Shown one piece after another: positions 19,503 through 31,600 of a DNA stretch of 64,000 bases. The DNA is from Eledone cirrhosa. Its lineage: Eukaryota. A model generated the notes under the pieces. The model made no database searches, was not told the DNA's origin, and was given only the letters and a program-made list of their open reading frames with translations. Position 1 is the first letter of the stretch; the number at the start of each line of letters is the position of its first letter. The DNA lies in the NCBI GenBank assembly GCA_964016885.1, contig OZ024742.1, positions 369,334,001 through 369,398,000 of the forward strand, in the 5' to 3' direction. Made by a program: the position numbers and the translations under genes.

Positions 19503-19510
19503 AATAATAA
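17306..19510 (+). mobile_element. 5'-truncated, disabled R4/Dong-clade element of a second family
   Basis: Begins at PGPDGVQGYWIK. Motifs NYRPITCL, GIFQGDSLSPLLF, HLLFMDD, CRIC..ETVAHIVSEC, RHD, RPDLV. Deletion/frameshift near 17625, frameshift near 18245, premature TAG at 18937-18939, (TAA)n tail at 19468-19510. Confidence 0.9.
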
Positions 19511-20092
19511 GAAGAAGAAGAAGAAGAAGAAGGAGAAGAAGAAGAAGACAAGAAGAAGAAGAAGAAGAAGAAGAAGAAGAAGAAGAAGAAGAAGACAAGA
19601 ATAAGAAGAAGAAGAAGGAGAAAAAGAAGAAGAAAAAGAAGAAGAAGAAGGAGAAGAAGAAGAAGAAGAAGAAGAAGAAGAAGACAAGAAGAAGAAGACA
19701 AGAAGAAGAAGGAGAAAAAGAAGAAGAAGAAGAAGAAAAAGAAGAAGAAGAAGAAGAAGAAGAAGAAGAAGAAGAAGAAGAAGAAGAAAAAGAAGCAGAA
19801 GAAGAAGAAGAAGAAGAAGAAGAAGAAGAAGAAGAAGACAAGAAGAAGAAGAAGAAGAAGAAGAAGAAGAAGAAAAAAAAGAAGAAGAAGAAGAAGAAGA
19901 AGAAGAAGAAGAAGAAAAAGAAGAAGAAAAAGAAGAAGAAGAAGACAAGAAGAAGGAGAAGAAGAAGAAGAAGAAGAAGACAAGAAGAAGAAGAAGACAA
20001 GAAGAAGAAGAAGAAGAAAAAGAAGAAGAAGAAGAAGAAGAAGAAGAAGAAGAAGAAGAAGAAGACGAAGAAGAAGACAAGAAGAAGAAGAA

Positions 20093-20124
<32 letters not shown>

Positions 20125-21303
20125 AGAAGACAAGAAGAAGAAGAAGAAGAGAAGAAGAAGAAGAAGAAGAAGAAGAAGAAGAAAAAAAAAGAAGAAGAAG
20201 AAGAAGAAGAAGAAGAAGACAAGAAGAAGAAAAAGAAGACAATAAGAAGAAGAAGAAGAAGAAGATAAGAAGAAGAAGAAGAAGAAAAAGAAGAAGAAGA
20301 AGAAGAAGAAGAAGACAAGAAGAAGAGAAGAAGAAGAAGAAGAAGAAGACAAAAGAAGAAGAAGAAGAAGAAGAAGAAGAAAAAGAAGAAGAAGAAGAAG
20401 AAGGAAGAAGAAGAAGAAGAAGAAGAAGACAGAAGAAGAAGAAGAAGAAGAAGAAGAGGAAGAAAAAGAAGAAGAAGACAAGAAGGAGAAGAAGACAAGA
20501 AGAAGAAGAAGAAGAAAAAGAAGAAGAAGAAGACAAGAAGAAGGAGAAGAAGACAAGAATAAGAAGAAGAAGTAGAAGAAGAAGACAAGTAGAAGAAGAA
20601 GAAGAAGAAGAAGAAGAAGAAAAAAGAAGAAGAAGAAGAAGAAGAAGAAGAAGAAGAAGAAGAAGAAGAAGACAAGAAGAAGAAGAAGAAAAAGAAGAAG
20701 AAGAAGAAGAAGAAGAAGAAGAAGAGGAAGACGAGAATAAGAAGAAGAAGAAGAAGAAGAAGAAGAGAAGAAAAAGAAGAAGAAGAAGAAGAAGAAGATG
20801 AAGAAGAAGAAGAAGAAGAAGAAGACAAAAGAAGAAGAAGAAGAAGAAGACAAAAGAAGAAGAAGAAGAAGAGAAAAAGAAGCAGAAGAAGAAGAAGAAG
20901 AAGAAGAAGAAGAAGAAGAAGAAGACAAGAATAAGGAGAAGAAACAAGAAGAAGAAGAAGAAGAAGAAAAAGAAGAAGAAGAAGAAGAAGAAGAAGAAGA
21001 AGAAGAAGAGGAGAAGAAGAAGAAGAAGAAGAAAAAAGAAGAAGAAGAAGAAGAAGACAAGAAGAAGGAGAAGAAGACAAGAAGAAGAAGAAAAAGAAGA
21101 AGAAGAAGACAAGAAGAAGGAGAAGAAGACAAGAAGAAGAAGAAGAAGAAGTAGAAGAAGAAGAAGAAGAAGAAGAAGAAGAAGAAAAAGAAGAAGAAGA
21201 AGAAGAAGAAGAAGAAGAAGAAGAAGAAGAAGACAAAAGAAGAAGAAGAAGAAGAAGAGAAGAAGAAGAAGAAGACAAAAAGAAGAAGAGAAAGAAGAAG
21301 AAG

Positions 21304-21334
<31 letters not shown>

Positions 21335-21532
21335 AGAAGAAGAAGAAGAAGAAGAAGAAGAAGAAGAAGAAGAAAAGAAAGCAGAAGAAGAAAAAGAAGA
21401 CAAGAAGAAGAAGAAGAGAAGAAGAAGACAAGAAGAAGAAGAAGAAGAAAAAGAAGAAGAAGAAGAAGAAGAAGAAGAAGAAGACAAGAAGAAGAAGAAG
21501 AAGAAGAAAAAGAAGAAGAAGAAGAAGAAAAA

Positions 21533-21579
<47 letters not shown>

Positions 21580-21850
21580 AGAAGAAGACAAGAAGAAGAA
21601 GAAGAAGAAGAAGAAGAAGAAGAAGAAGAAGAGGAAGAAAAAGAAGAAGAAGAAGAAGACAAGAAGAAGGAGAAGAAGACAAGAAGAAGAAGAAGAAGAA
21701 AAAGAAGAAGAAAAGAAGAAGGAGAAGAAGACAAGAAGAAGGAGAAGAAGACAAGAAGAAGAAGAAGAAAAAGAAGAAGAAAAGAAGAAGGAGAAGAAGA
21801 CAAGAAGAAGAAGAAGAAGAAGAAGAAGTAGAAGAAGAAGACAAGAAGAA

Positions 21851-21885
<35 letters not shown>

Positions 21886-22130
21886 AGAAGAAGAAGAAGA
21901 AGAAGAAGAAGACAAGAAGAAGAAGAAGAAAAAAGAAGAAGAAGAAGAAGAAGAAGAAGAAGACAAAAGAAGAAGAAGAAGAAGAAGAAGAAAGAGAAGA
22001 AGAAGAAGAAGAAGAAGAAGAAGAAGAAGAAGAAGAAGAAGAAGACAAAAGAAGAAGAAGAAGAAGAAGACAAAAGAAGAAGAAGAAGAAGAAGAAGAAG
22101 AAGAAGAAAAAGAAGAAGAAGAAGAAGAAA

Positions 22131-22164
<34 letters not shown>

Positions 22165-22643
22165 AGAAGAAGAAGAAAAAGAAGAAGAAGAAGAAGACAA
22201 GAATAAGGAGAAGAAAACAAGAAGAAGAAGAAGAAGAAGAAAAAGAAGAAGAAGAAGAAGAAGAAGAAGAAGAAAAAGAAGAAGAAGAAGAAGAGGAAGA
22301 TGAAGAAGAAGAAGAAGACAAGAAGAAGAAGAAGAAGAAGAAGAAGAAGAAGAAAAAGAAGAAGAAGAAGAAGAAGACAAGAAGAAGGAGAAGAAGACAA
22401 GAAGAAGGAGAAGAAGACAAGAAGAAGAAGAAGAAGAAGTAGAAGAAGAAGACAACAAGAAGAAGAAGAAGAAAAAGAAGAAGAAGAAGAAGAAGAAGAA
22501 GAAGAAGAAGAAGAAGACAAAAGAAGAAGAAGAAGAAGAAGACAAAAGAAGAAGAAGAAGAAGAAAAAGAAGAAGAAGAAGAAGAAGAAGAAGAAGAAGA
22601 AGAAGAAGAAGAAGAAAAAGAAGCAGAAGAAAAAGAAGCAGAA

Positions 22644-22675
<32 letters not shown>

Positions 22676-24630
22676 AGAAGAAGACAAGAATAAGGAGAAG
22701 AAAACAAGAAGAAGAAGAAGAAGAAGAAGAAGAAAAAGAAGAAGAAGACAAGAATAAGGAGAAGAAGAAGAAGAAGACAAAAGAAGAAGAAGAAGAAGAC
22801 AAAAGAAGAAGAAGAAGAAGAAGAAGAAGACAAGAAGAAGAAGAAGAAGAAGAAGAAGAAGAAGAAGAAGAAGAAGACAAAAGAAAAAAAAGAAGACAAA
22901 AGAAGAAGAAGAAGAAGAAGAAGACAAAAGAAGAAGAAGAAGAAGAAGAAGACAAAAGAAGAAGAAGAAGAAGAAGAAGAAAAAGAAGAAGAAGAAGAAG
23001 AAGAAGAAGAAAAAGACAGAAGAAGACAGAAGAAGAAGAAGAAGAAAAAGAAGAAGAAAAAGAAGAAGACAAGAAGAAGAAGAAGAAGAAGAAGAAGACA
23101 AGAAGAAGAAGAAGACAAGAAGAAGAAGAAGAAGAAGAAGAAGAAGAAGACAAGAAGAAGAAGAAGAAGAAGAAGAAGAAGAAGAAGAAGAAGAAGAAGA
23201 AGACAAAAGAAGAAAAAGAAGACAAAAGAAGAAGAAGAAGAAGAAGAAGAAGACAAAAGAAGAAGAAGAAGAAGAAGAAAAAGAAGAAGAAGAAGAAGAA
23301 GAAAAAGAAGAAGAAGAAGAAGAAGAAGAAGAAGAAGGAGAAGAAGAAGAAAAAGAAGCAGAAGAAGAAGAAGAAGAAGAAGAAGAAGACAAGAAGAAGA
23401 AGAAGAAGAAGAAGAAGAAGAAGAAGAAGAAGAAGAAGAAGAAGAAAAAGACAGAAGAAGACAGAAGAAGAAGAAGAAGAAAAAGAAGAAAAAAAAGAAG
23501 AAGACAAGAAGAAGAAGAAGAAGAAGAAGAAGAAGAATACAAGAAGAAGAAGAAGACAAGAAGAAGAAGAAGAAGAAGAAGAAGAAGAAGAAGAAGAAGA
23601 AGAAGACAAGAAGAAGAAGAAGACAAAAGAAGAAGAAGAAGAAGAAGAAGAAGAAGAAGACAAGAAGAAGAAGAAGAAGAAGAAGAAGAAGAAGAAGAAG
23701 AAGACAAGAAGAAGAAGAAGAAGACAAGAAGAAGAAGAAGAAGAAGAAGAAGACAAAAGAAGAAGAAGAAGAAGAAGAAGAAGAAGAAGAAGAAGACAAG
23801 AAGAAGAAGAAGAAGAAGAAGAAGAAGAAGAAGAAGAAGACAAAAGAAGAAAAAGAAGACAAAAGAAGAAGAAGAAGAAGAAGAAGAAGAAGAAGAAGAA
23901 GAAGAAGAAGAAGACAAGAAGAAGAAGAAGAAGAAGAAGAAGAAGAAGACAAGAAGAAGAAGAAGAAGACAAGAAGAAGAAGAAGAAGAAGAAGAAGACA
24001 AAAGAAGAAGAAGAAGAAGAAGAAGAAGAAGAAGAAGAAGACAAGAAGAAGAAGAAGAAGAAGAAGAAGAAGAAGACAAAAGAAGAAAAAGAAGACAAAA
24101 GAAGAAGAAGAAGAAGAAGAAGAAGAAGAAGAAAAAAGAAGAAGAAAAAGAAGAAAAAGAAGAAGAAGAAGAAGAAGAAGAAGAAGAAAAAGAAGCAGAA
24201 GAAGAAGAAGAAGAAGAAGAAGAAGAAGACAAAAGAAGAAAAAGAAGACAAAAGAAGAAGAAGAAGAAGAAGAAGAAGAAGAAGAAGAAGAAAAAGAAGA
24301 AGAAAAAGAAGAAAAAGAAGAAGAAGAAGAAGAAGAAGAAGAAGAAGAAAAAGAAGCAGAAGAAGAAGAAGAAGAAGAAGAAGACAAAAGAAGAAAAAGA
24401 AGACAAAAGAAGAAGAAGAAGAAGAAGAAGAAGAAAAAGAAGAAGAAAAAGAAGAAAAAGAAGAAGAAGAAGAAGAAGAAGAAGAAGAAGAAAAAGAAGC
24501 AGAAGAAGAAGAAGAAGAAGAAGAAGAAGAAGAAGAAGAAGAAAAAGACAGAAGACAGAAGAAGAAGAAGACAAAAGAAGAAGAAGAAGAAGAAGAAGAA
24601 GAAGAAAAAGAAGCAGAAGAAGAAGAAGAA

Positions 24631-24661
<31 letters not shown>

Positions 24662-24683
24662 AAGAAGAAGAAGAAGAAGAAGA
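19511..24683. repeat. About 5.2-kb interrupted (GAA)n polypurine tract
   Basis: GAA triplets with recurring GACAA, GAAAAA, GGAGAA, GCA, GTA and TAA interruptions. Confidence 0.97.
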
Positions 24684-24713
24684 TTATTATTAACATGATC
24701 ATCATCATCACCA

Positions 24714-24901
24714 CCGACGCATCCAACCCATGCAAGCATGGAAAAGCAGGCGTAGAATGATGAAGGTAAGGATGATGATGATGGTGATGATGATGATGAT
24801 GGTGATGGTGATGATGGTGATGATGATGATGGTGATGGTGATGATGGTGATGATGGTGATGGTGATGATGGTGATGTTGATGATGGTGGTGATGGTGATG
24901 A
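24714..24901 (+). mobile_element. 3' tip of a (GAT)n-tailed interspersed repeat plus (GAT/GGT)n tail
   Basis: CATCCAACCCATGCAAGCATGGAAAAGCAGGCGT followed by (GAT/GGT)n; homologous to the reverse complement of 225-250. Confidence 0.6.
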
Positions 24902-25689
24902 TTCTTGATGCGGAATTATCATGAGAATTATGGTAAAAGGTACTTGTGTCTGCAGAATGCTTGGCCACTTACACATTAATTTCCTGTACAGACTGTACTA
25001 TTGATTGAGCTACTGGGACACTTCACATTTGAACCAGCAAAGGTCCATTCCATTTGACTGACATGCTGAATCTCCCTGAGAATAACATTAACGCTATACA
25101 TGTCTGTGGAATATTCAACCATGAACATGTTGTTCCATTGACTGAACAGCTGGAACATTTATCATTAAAACTGACAGAGATCTATTCCATTCCACATGGC
25201 TGAAGACTGGGTCTTTGGTGTTGCTTGTTCCTACGTTTATTAAACATGAACAAATATATCAGTAACAGCTCATGAGTCACTGATTCCTCATCCATTTCTT
25301 TATAAGCCTATGTAGCCCTCCTCCCTCCCAGCTATGTTTTTCACTAGTAAACAATAAATCACAGAGTTCTTTAGATGCAGGCTATAACTCTTAACTCTTC
25401 ACAATTCTACAGACATAGCCACGATTTATAATCCCAATTCCAAATAAAAAGCTTCCCCAATTAGCCTCTTGATACTGCTCTCATAATGAATGAGAGGGGA
25501 TATCAACATATTACACTTACCAATGGAATAGATTTAGGTACACAGATATTGATTTCACCTTCCTAATTAGGAGCCAGTCATTATGGTCTCTCTATATATA
25601 CGATAAACTATTGATTTTTGTAACATTACAAAGCGAAGCTGGAGTTATATTTTGATTGTATAAAATTATTGAACTGCCTGCCAGCTGTC

Positions 25690-28600
25690 ACAGATCTCAT
25701 GTTCAAATATTGTATGATCACCATATTATATCTGTTGGCCAGTGATGTCTGGTCTATATACAGTGTTATGAGCAACTGTACAGATCTCATCTTCAAATTT
25801 TGTATGATCACCATATTATATCTGTTGGCCAGTGATGTCTGGTCTATATACAGTGATATGAGCAACTCTACAGATGTCATGTTCAAATGTTGTATGATCA
25901 CCATATTATATCTGTTGGCCAGTGATGTCTGGTCTATATACAGTGATATGAGCAACTCTACAGATCTCATGTTCAAATGTTGTATGATCACCATATTATA
26001 TCTGTTGGCCAGTGATGTCTGGTCTATATACAGTGATATGAGCAACTCTACAGATGTCATGTTCAAATGTTGTATGATCACCATATTATATCTGTTGGCC
26101 AGTGATGTCTGGTCTATATACAGTGTTATGAGCAACTGTACAGATGTCATGTTCAAATGTTGTATGATCACCATATTATATCTGTTGTCCAGTGATGTCT
26201 GGTCTATATACAGTGTTATGAGAAACTCTACAGATCTCTTGTTCAAATGTTGTATGATCACCATATTATATCTGTTGGCCAGTGATGTCTGGTCTATATA
26301 CAGTGACATGAGCAACTGTACAGATGTCATGTTCAAATGTTGTATGATCACCATATTATATCTGTTGGCCAGTGATGTCTGGTCTATATACAGTGATATG
26401 AGCAACTCTACAGATGTCATGTTCAAATGTTGTATGATCACCATATTATATCTGTTAGCCAGTGATGTCTGGTCTATATACAGTGATATGAGCAACTCTA
26501 CAGATCTCTTGTTCAAATGTTGTATGATCACCATATTATATCTGTTGGCCAGTGATGTCTGGTCTATATACAGTGATATGAGCAACTCTACAGATGTCAT
26601 GTTCAAATGTTGTATGATCACCATATTATATCTGTTGGCCAGTGATGTCTGGTCTATATACAGTGTTATGAGCAACTGTACAGATGTCATGTTCAAATGT
26701 TGTATGATCACCATATTATATCTGTTGACCAGTGATGTCTGGTCTATATACAGTGATATGAGCAACTCTACAGATGTCATGTTCAAATATTGTATGATCA
26801 CCATATTATATCTGTTGGCCAGTGATGTCTGGTCTATATACAGTGTTATGAGCAACTCTAAAGATGTCATGTTCAAATGTTGTATGATCACCATATTATA
26901 TCTGTTGGCCAGTGATGTCTGGTCTATATACAGTGTTATGAGCAACTGTACAGATGTCATGTTCAAATGTTGTATGATCACCATATTATATCTGTTGGCC
27001 AGTGATGTCTGGTCTATATACAGTGTTATGAGCAACTGTACAGATGTCATGTTCAAATGTTGTATGATCACCATATTATATCTGTTGGCCAGTGATATCT
27101 GGTCTATATACAGTGTTATGAACAACTCTACAGATCTCTTGTTCAAATGTTGTATGATCACCATATTATATCTGTTGGCCAGTGATGTCTGGTCTATATA
27201 CAGTGTTATGAGCAACTGTACAGATGTCATGTTCAAATGTTGTATGATCACCATATTATATCTGTTGGCCAGTGATGTCTGGTCTATATACAGTGTTATG
27301 AGCAACTCTACAGATGTCATGTTCAAATGTTGTATGATCACCATATTATATCTGTTGGCCAGTGATGTCTGGTCTATATACAGTGACATGAGCAACTGTA
27401 CAGATCTCATGTTCAAATGTTGTATGATCACCATATTATATCTGTTGGCCAGTGATGTCTGGTCTATATACAGTGTTATGAGCAACTGTACAGATGTCAT
27501 GTTCAAATGTTGTATGATCACCATATTATATCTGTTGGCCAGTGATGTCTGGTCTATATACAGTGTTATGAGCAACTGTACAGATGTCATGTTCAAATGT
27601 TGTATGATCACCATATTATATCTGTTGGCCAGTGATGTCTGGTCTATATACAGTGACATGAGCAACTGTACAGATCTCATGTTCAAATGTTGTATGATCA
27701 CCATATTATATCTGTTGGCCAGTGATGTCTGGTCTATATACAGTGTTATGAACAACTCTACAGATCTCTTGTTCAAATGTTGTATGATCACCATATTATA
27801 TCTCTTGGCCAGTGATGTCTGGTCTATATACAGTGTTATGAGCAACTCTACAGATGTCATGTTCAAATATTGTATGATCGCAATATTATATCTGTTGGCC
27901 AGTGATGTCTGGTCTATATACAGTGTTATGAGCAACTCTACAGATGTCATGTTCAAATGTTGTATGATCACCATATTATATCTGTTGGCAAGTGATGTCT
28001 GGTCTATATACAGAGTTATGAGCAACTCTACAGATCTCATGTTCAAATGTTGTATGATCACCATATTATATCTGTTGGCCAGTGATGTCTGGTCTATATA
28101 CAGTGATATGAGCAACTTTACAGATGTCATGTTCAAATGTTGTATGATCACCATATTATATCTGTTGGCCAGTGATGTCTGCTCTATATACAGTGTTATG
28201 AGCAACTGTACAGATCTCATGTTCAAATGTTGTATGATCACCATATTATATCTGTTGGCCAGTGATGTCTGGTCTATATACAGTGTTATGAGCAACTCTA
28301 CAGATGTCATGTTCAAATGTTGTATGATCACCATATTATATCTGTTGGCCAGTGATGTCTGGTCTATATACAGTGATATGAGCAACTTTACAGATGTCAT
28401 GTTCAAATGTTGTATGATCACCATATTATATCTGTTGGCCAGTGATGTCTGGTCTATATACAGTGATATGAGCAACTTTACAGATGTCATGTTCAAATGT
28501 TGTATGATCACCATATTATATCTGTTGGCCAGTGATGTCTGCTCTATATACAGTGTTATGAGCAACTGTACAGATGTCATGTTCAAATGTTGTATGATCA

Positions 28601-31600
28601 CCATATTATATCTGTTGGCCAGTGATGTTTGGTCTATATACAGTGTTATTAGCAACTGTACAGATGTCATGTTCAAATGTTGTATGATCACCATATTATA
28701 TCTGTTGGCCAGTGATGTCTGGTCTATATACAGTGTTATGAGCAACTCTACAGATCTCATGTTCAAATGTTGTATGATCACCATATTATATCTGATGGCC
28801 AGTGATGCCTGGTCTATATACAGTGTAATGAGCAACTCTACAGATGTCATGTTCAAATGTTGTATGATCACCATATTATATCTGTTGGCCAGTGATGTCT
28901 GGTCTATATACAGTGTTATGAGCAACTCTACAGATCTCATGTTCAAATGTTGTATGATCACCATATTATATCTGTTGGCCAGTGGTGCCTGGTCTATATA
29001 CAGTGTTATGAGCAACTGTACAGATGTCATGTTCAAATGTTGTATGATCACCATATTATATCTGTTGGCCAGTGATGTCTGGTCTATATACAGTGTTATG
29101 AGCAACTCTACAGATCGCATGTTCAAATGTTGTATGATCACCATATTATATCTGTTGGCCAGTGATGTCTGGTCTATATACAGTGTTATGAGCAACTGTA
29201 CAGATGTCATGTTCAAATGTTGTATGATCACCATATTATATCTGTTGGCCAGTGATGTCTGGTCTATATACAGTGTTATGAGCAACTCTACAGATCTCTT
29301 GTTCAAATGTTGTATGATCACCATATTATATCTGTTGGCCAGTGATGTCTGGTCTATATACAGTGACATGAGCAACTCTACAGATGTCATGTTCAAATGT
29401 TGTATGATCACCATATTATATCTGTTGGCCAGTGATGTCTGGTCTATATACAGTGATATGAGCAACTCTACAGATGTCATGTTTAAATGCTGTATGATCA
29501 CCATATTATATCTGTTGGCCAGTGATGTCTGGTCTACATACAGTGTTATGAGCAACTCTACAGATGTCATGTACAAATGTTGTATGATCACCATATTATA
29601 TCTGTTGGCCAGTGATGTCTGGTCTATATACAGTGTTATGAGCAACTGTACAGATGTCATGTTCAAATGGTGTATGATCACCATATTATATCTGTTGGCC
29701 AGCGATGTCTGGTCTATATACAGTGTTATGAGCAACTCTACAGATCTCTTGTTCAAATGTTGTATGATCACCATATTATATCTGTTGGCCAGTGATGTTT
29801 GGTCTATATACAGTGTTATGAGCAACTCTACAGATCTCATGTTCAAATGTTGTATGATCACCATATTATATCTGTTGGCCAGTGATGTCTGGTCTATATA
29901 CAGTGTTATGAGCAACCGTACAGATCTCATGTTCAAATTTTGTATGATCACCATATTATATCTGTTGGCCAGTGATGTCTGGTCTATATACAGTGATATG
30001 AGCAACTCTACAGATGTCATGTTCAAATGTTGTATGATCACCATATTATATCTGTTGGCCAGTGATGTCTGGTCTATATACAGTGTTATGAGCAACTCTA
30101 CAGATGTCATGTTCAAATGTTGTATGATCACCATATTATATCTGTTGACCAGTGATGTCTGGTCTATATACAGTGTTATGAGCAACTGTACAGATGTCAT
30201 GTTCAAATGTTGTATGATCACCATATTATATCTGTTGGCCAGTGATGTCTGGTCTATATACAGTGTTATGAGCAACTGTACAGATCTCATGTTCAAATGT
30301 TGTATGATCACCACATTATATCTGTTGGCCATTGATGTCTGGTCTATATACAGTGTTATGAACAACTCTACAGATCTCTTGTTCAAATGTTGTATGATCA
30401 CCATATTATATATATTGGCCAGTGATGTCTGGTCTATATACAGTGTTATGAGCAACTGTACAGATGTCATATTCAAATGTTGTATGATCACCATATTATA
30501 TCTGTTGGCCAGTGATGTCTGGTCTATATACAGTGTTATGAGCAACTCTAGAGATCGCATGTTCAAATGTTGTATGATCACCATATTATATTTGTTGGCC
30601 AGTGATGTCTGGTCTATATACAGTGTTATGAGCAACTGTACAGATGTCATGTTCAAATGTTGTATGATCACCATATTATATCTGTTGGCCAGTGATGTCG
30701 TGTTTATATACAGTGTTATGAGCAACTCTACAGATCTCTTGTTCAAATGTTGTATGATCACCATATTATATCTGTTGGCCAGTGATGTCTGGTCTATATA
30801 CAGTGACATGAGCAACTGTACAGATGTCATGTTCAAATGTTGTATGATCACCATATTATATCTGTTGGCCAGTGATGTCTGGTCTATATACAGTGTTATG
30901 AGCAACTCTACAGATGTCATGTTCAAATGTTGTATGATCACCATATTATATCTGTTGGCCAGTGATGTCTGGTCTATATACAGTGATATGAGCAACTCTA
31001 CAGATGTCATGTTCAAATGTTGTATGATCACCATATTATATCTGTTGGCCAGTGATGTCTGGTCTATATACAGTGTTATGAGCAACTCTACAGATGTCAT
31101 GTTCAAATGTTGTATGATCACCATATTATATCTGTTGGCCAGTGATGTCTGGTCTATATACAGTGATATGAGCAACTTTACAGATGTCATGTTCAAATGT
31201 TGTATGATCACCATATTATATCTGTTGGCCAGTGATGTCTGGTCTATATACAGTGATATGAGCAACTTTACAGATGTCATGTTCAAATGTTGTATGATCA
31301 CCATATTATATCTGTTGGCCAGTGATGTCTGCTCTATATACAGTGTTATGAGCAACTGTACAGATCTCATGTTCAAATGTTGTATGATCACCATATTATA
31401 TCTGTTGGCCAGTGATGTCTGGTCTATATACAGTGTTATGAGCAACTCTACAGATGTCATGTTCAAATGTTGTATGATCACCATATTATATCTGTTGGCC
31501 AGTGATGTCTGGTCTATATACAGTGATATGAGCAACTTTACAGATGTCATGTTCAAATGTTGTATGATCACCATATTATATCTGTTGGCCAGTGATGTCT

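Noticed and set aside
19316-24976. Long poly-F/L/S and poly-K/E/R ORFs
   Set aside because: Translations of the (GAA)n tract.
24960-25690. Host exon in the unique stretch before the satellite
   Set aside because: Splice-like sites exist (GTAAGT on the minus strand near 24968-24973), but the frames I read contain stops and show no recognisable protein similarity.
25731-25890. Pol III A/B boxes (TGGCCAGTG … GTTCAAATG) in the satellite monomer
   Set aside because: Both deviate from consensus (the B box lacks the terminal C), and no cloverleaf or T-run terminator is present.
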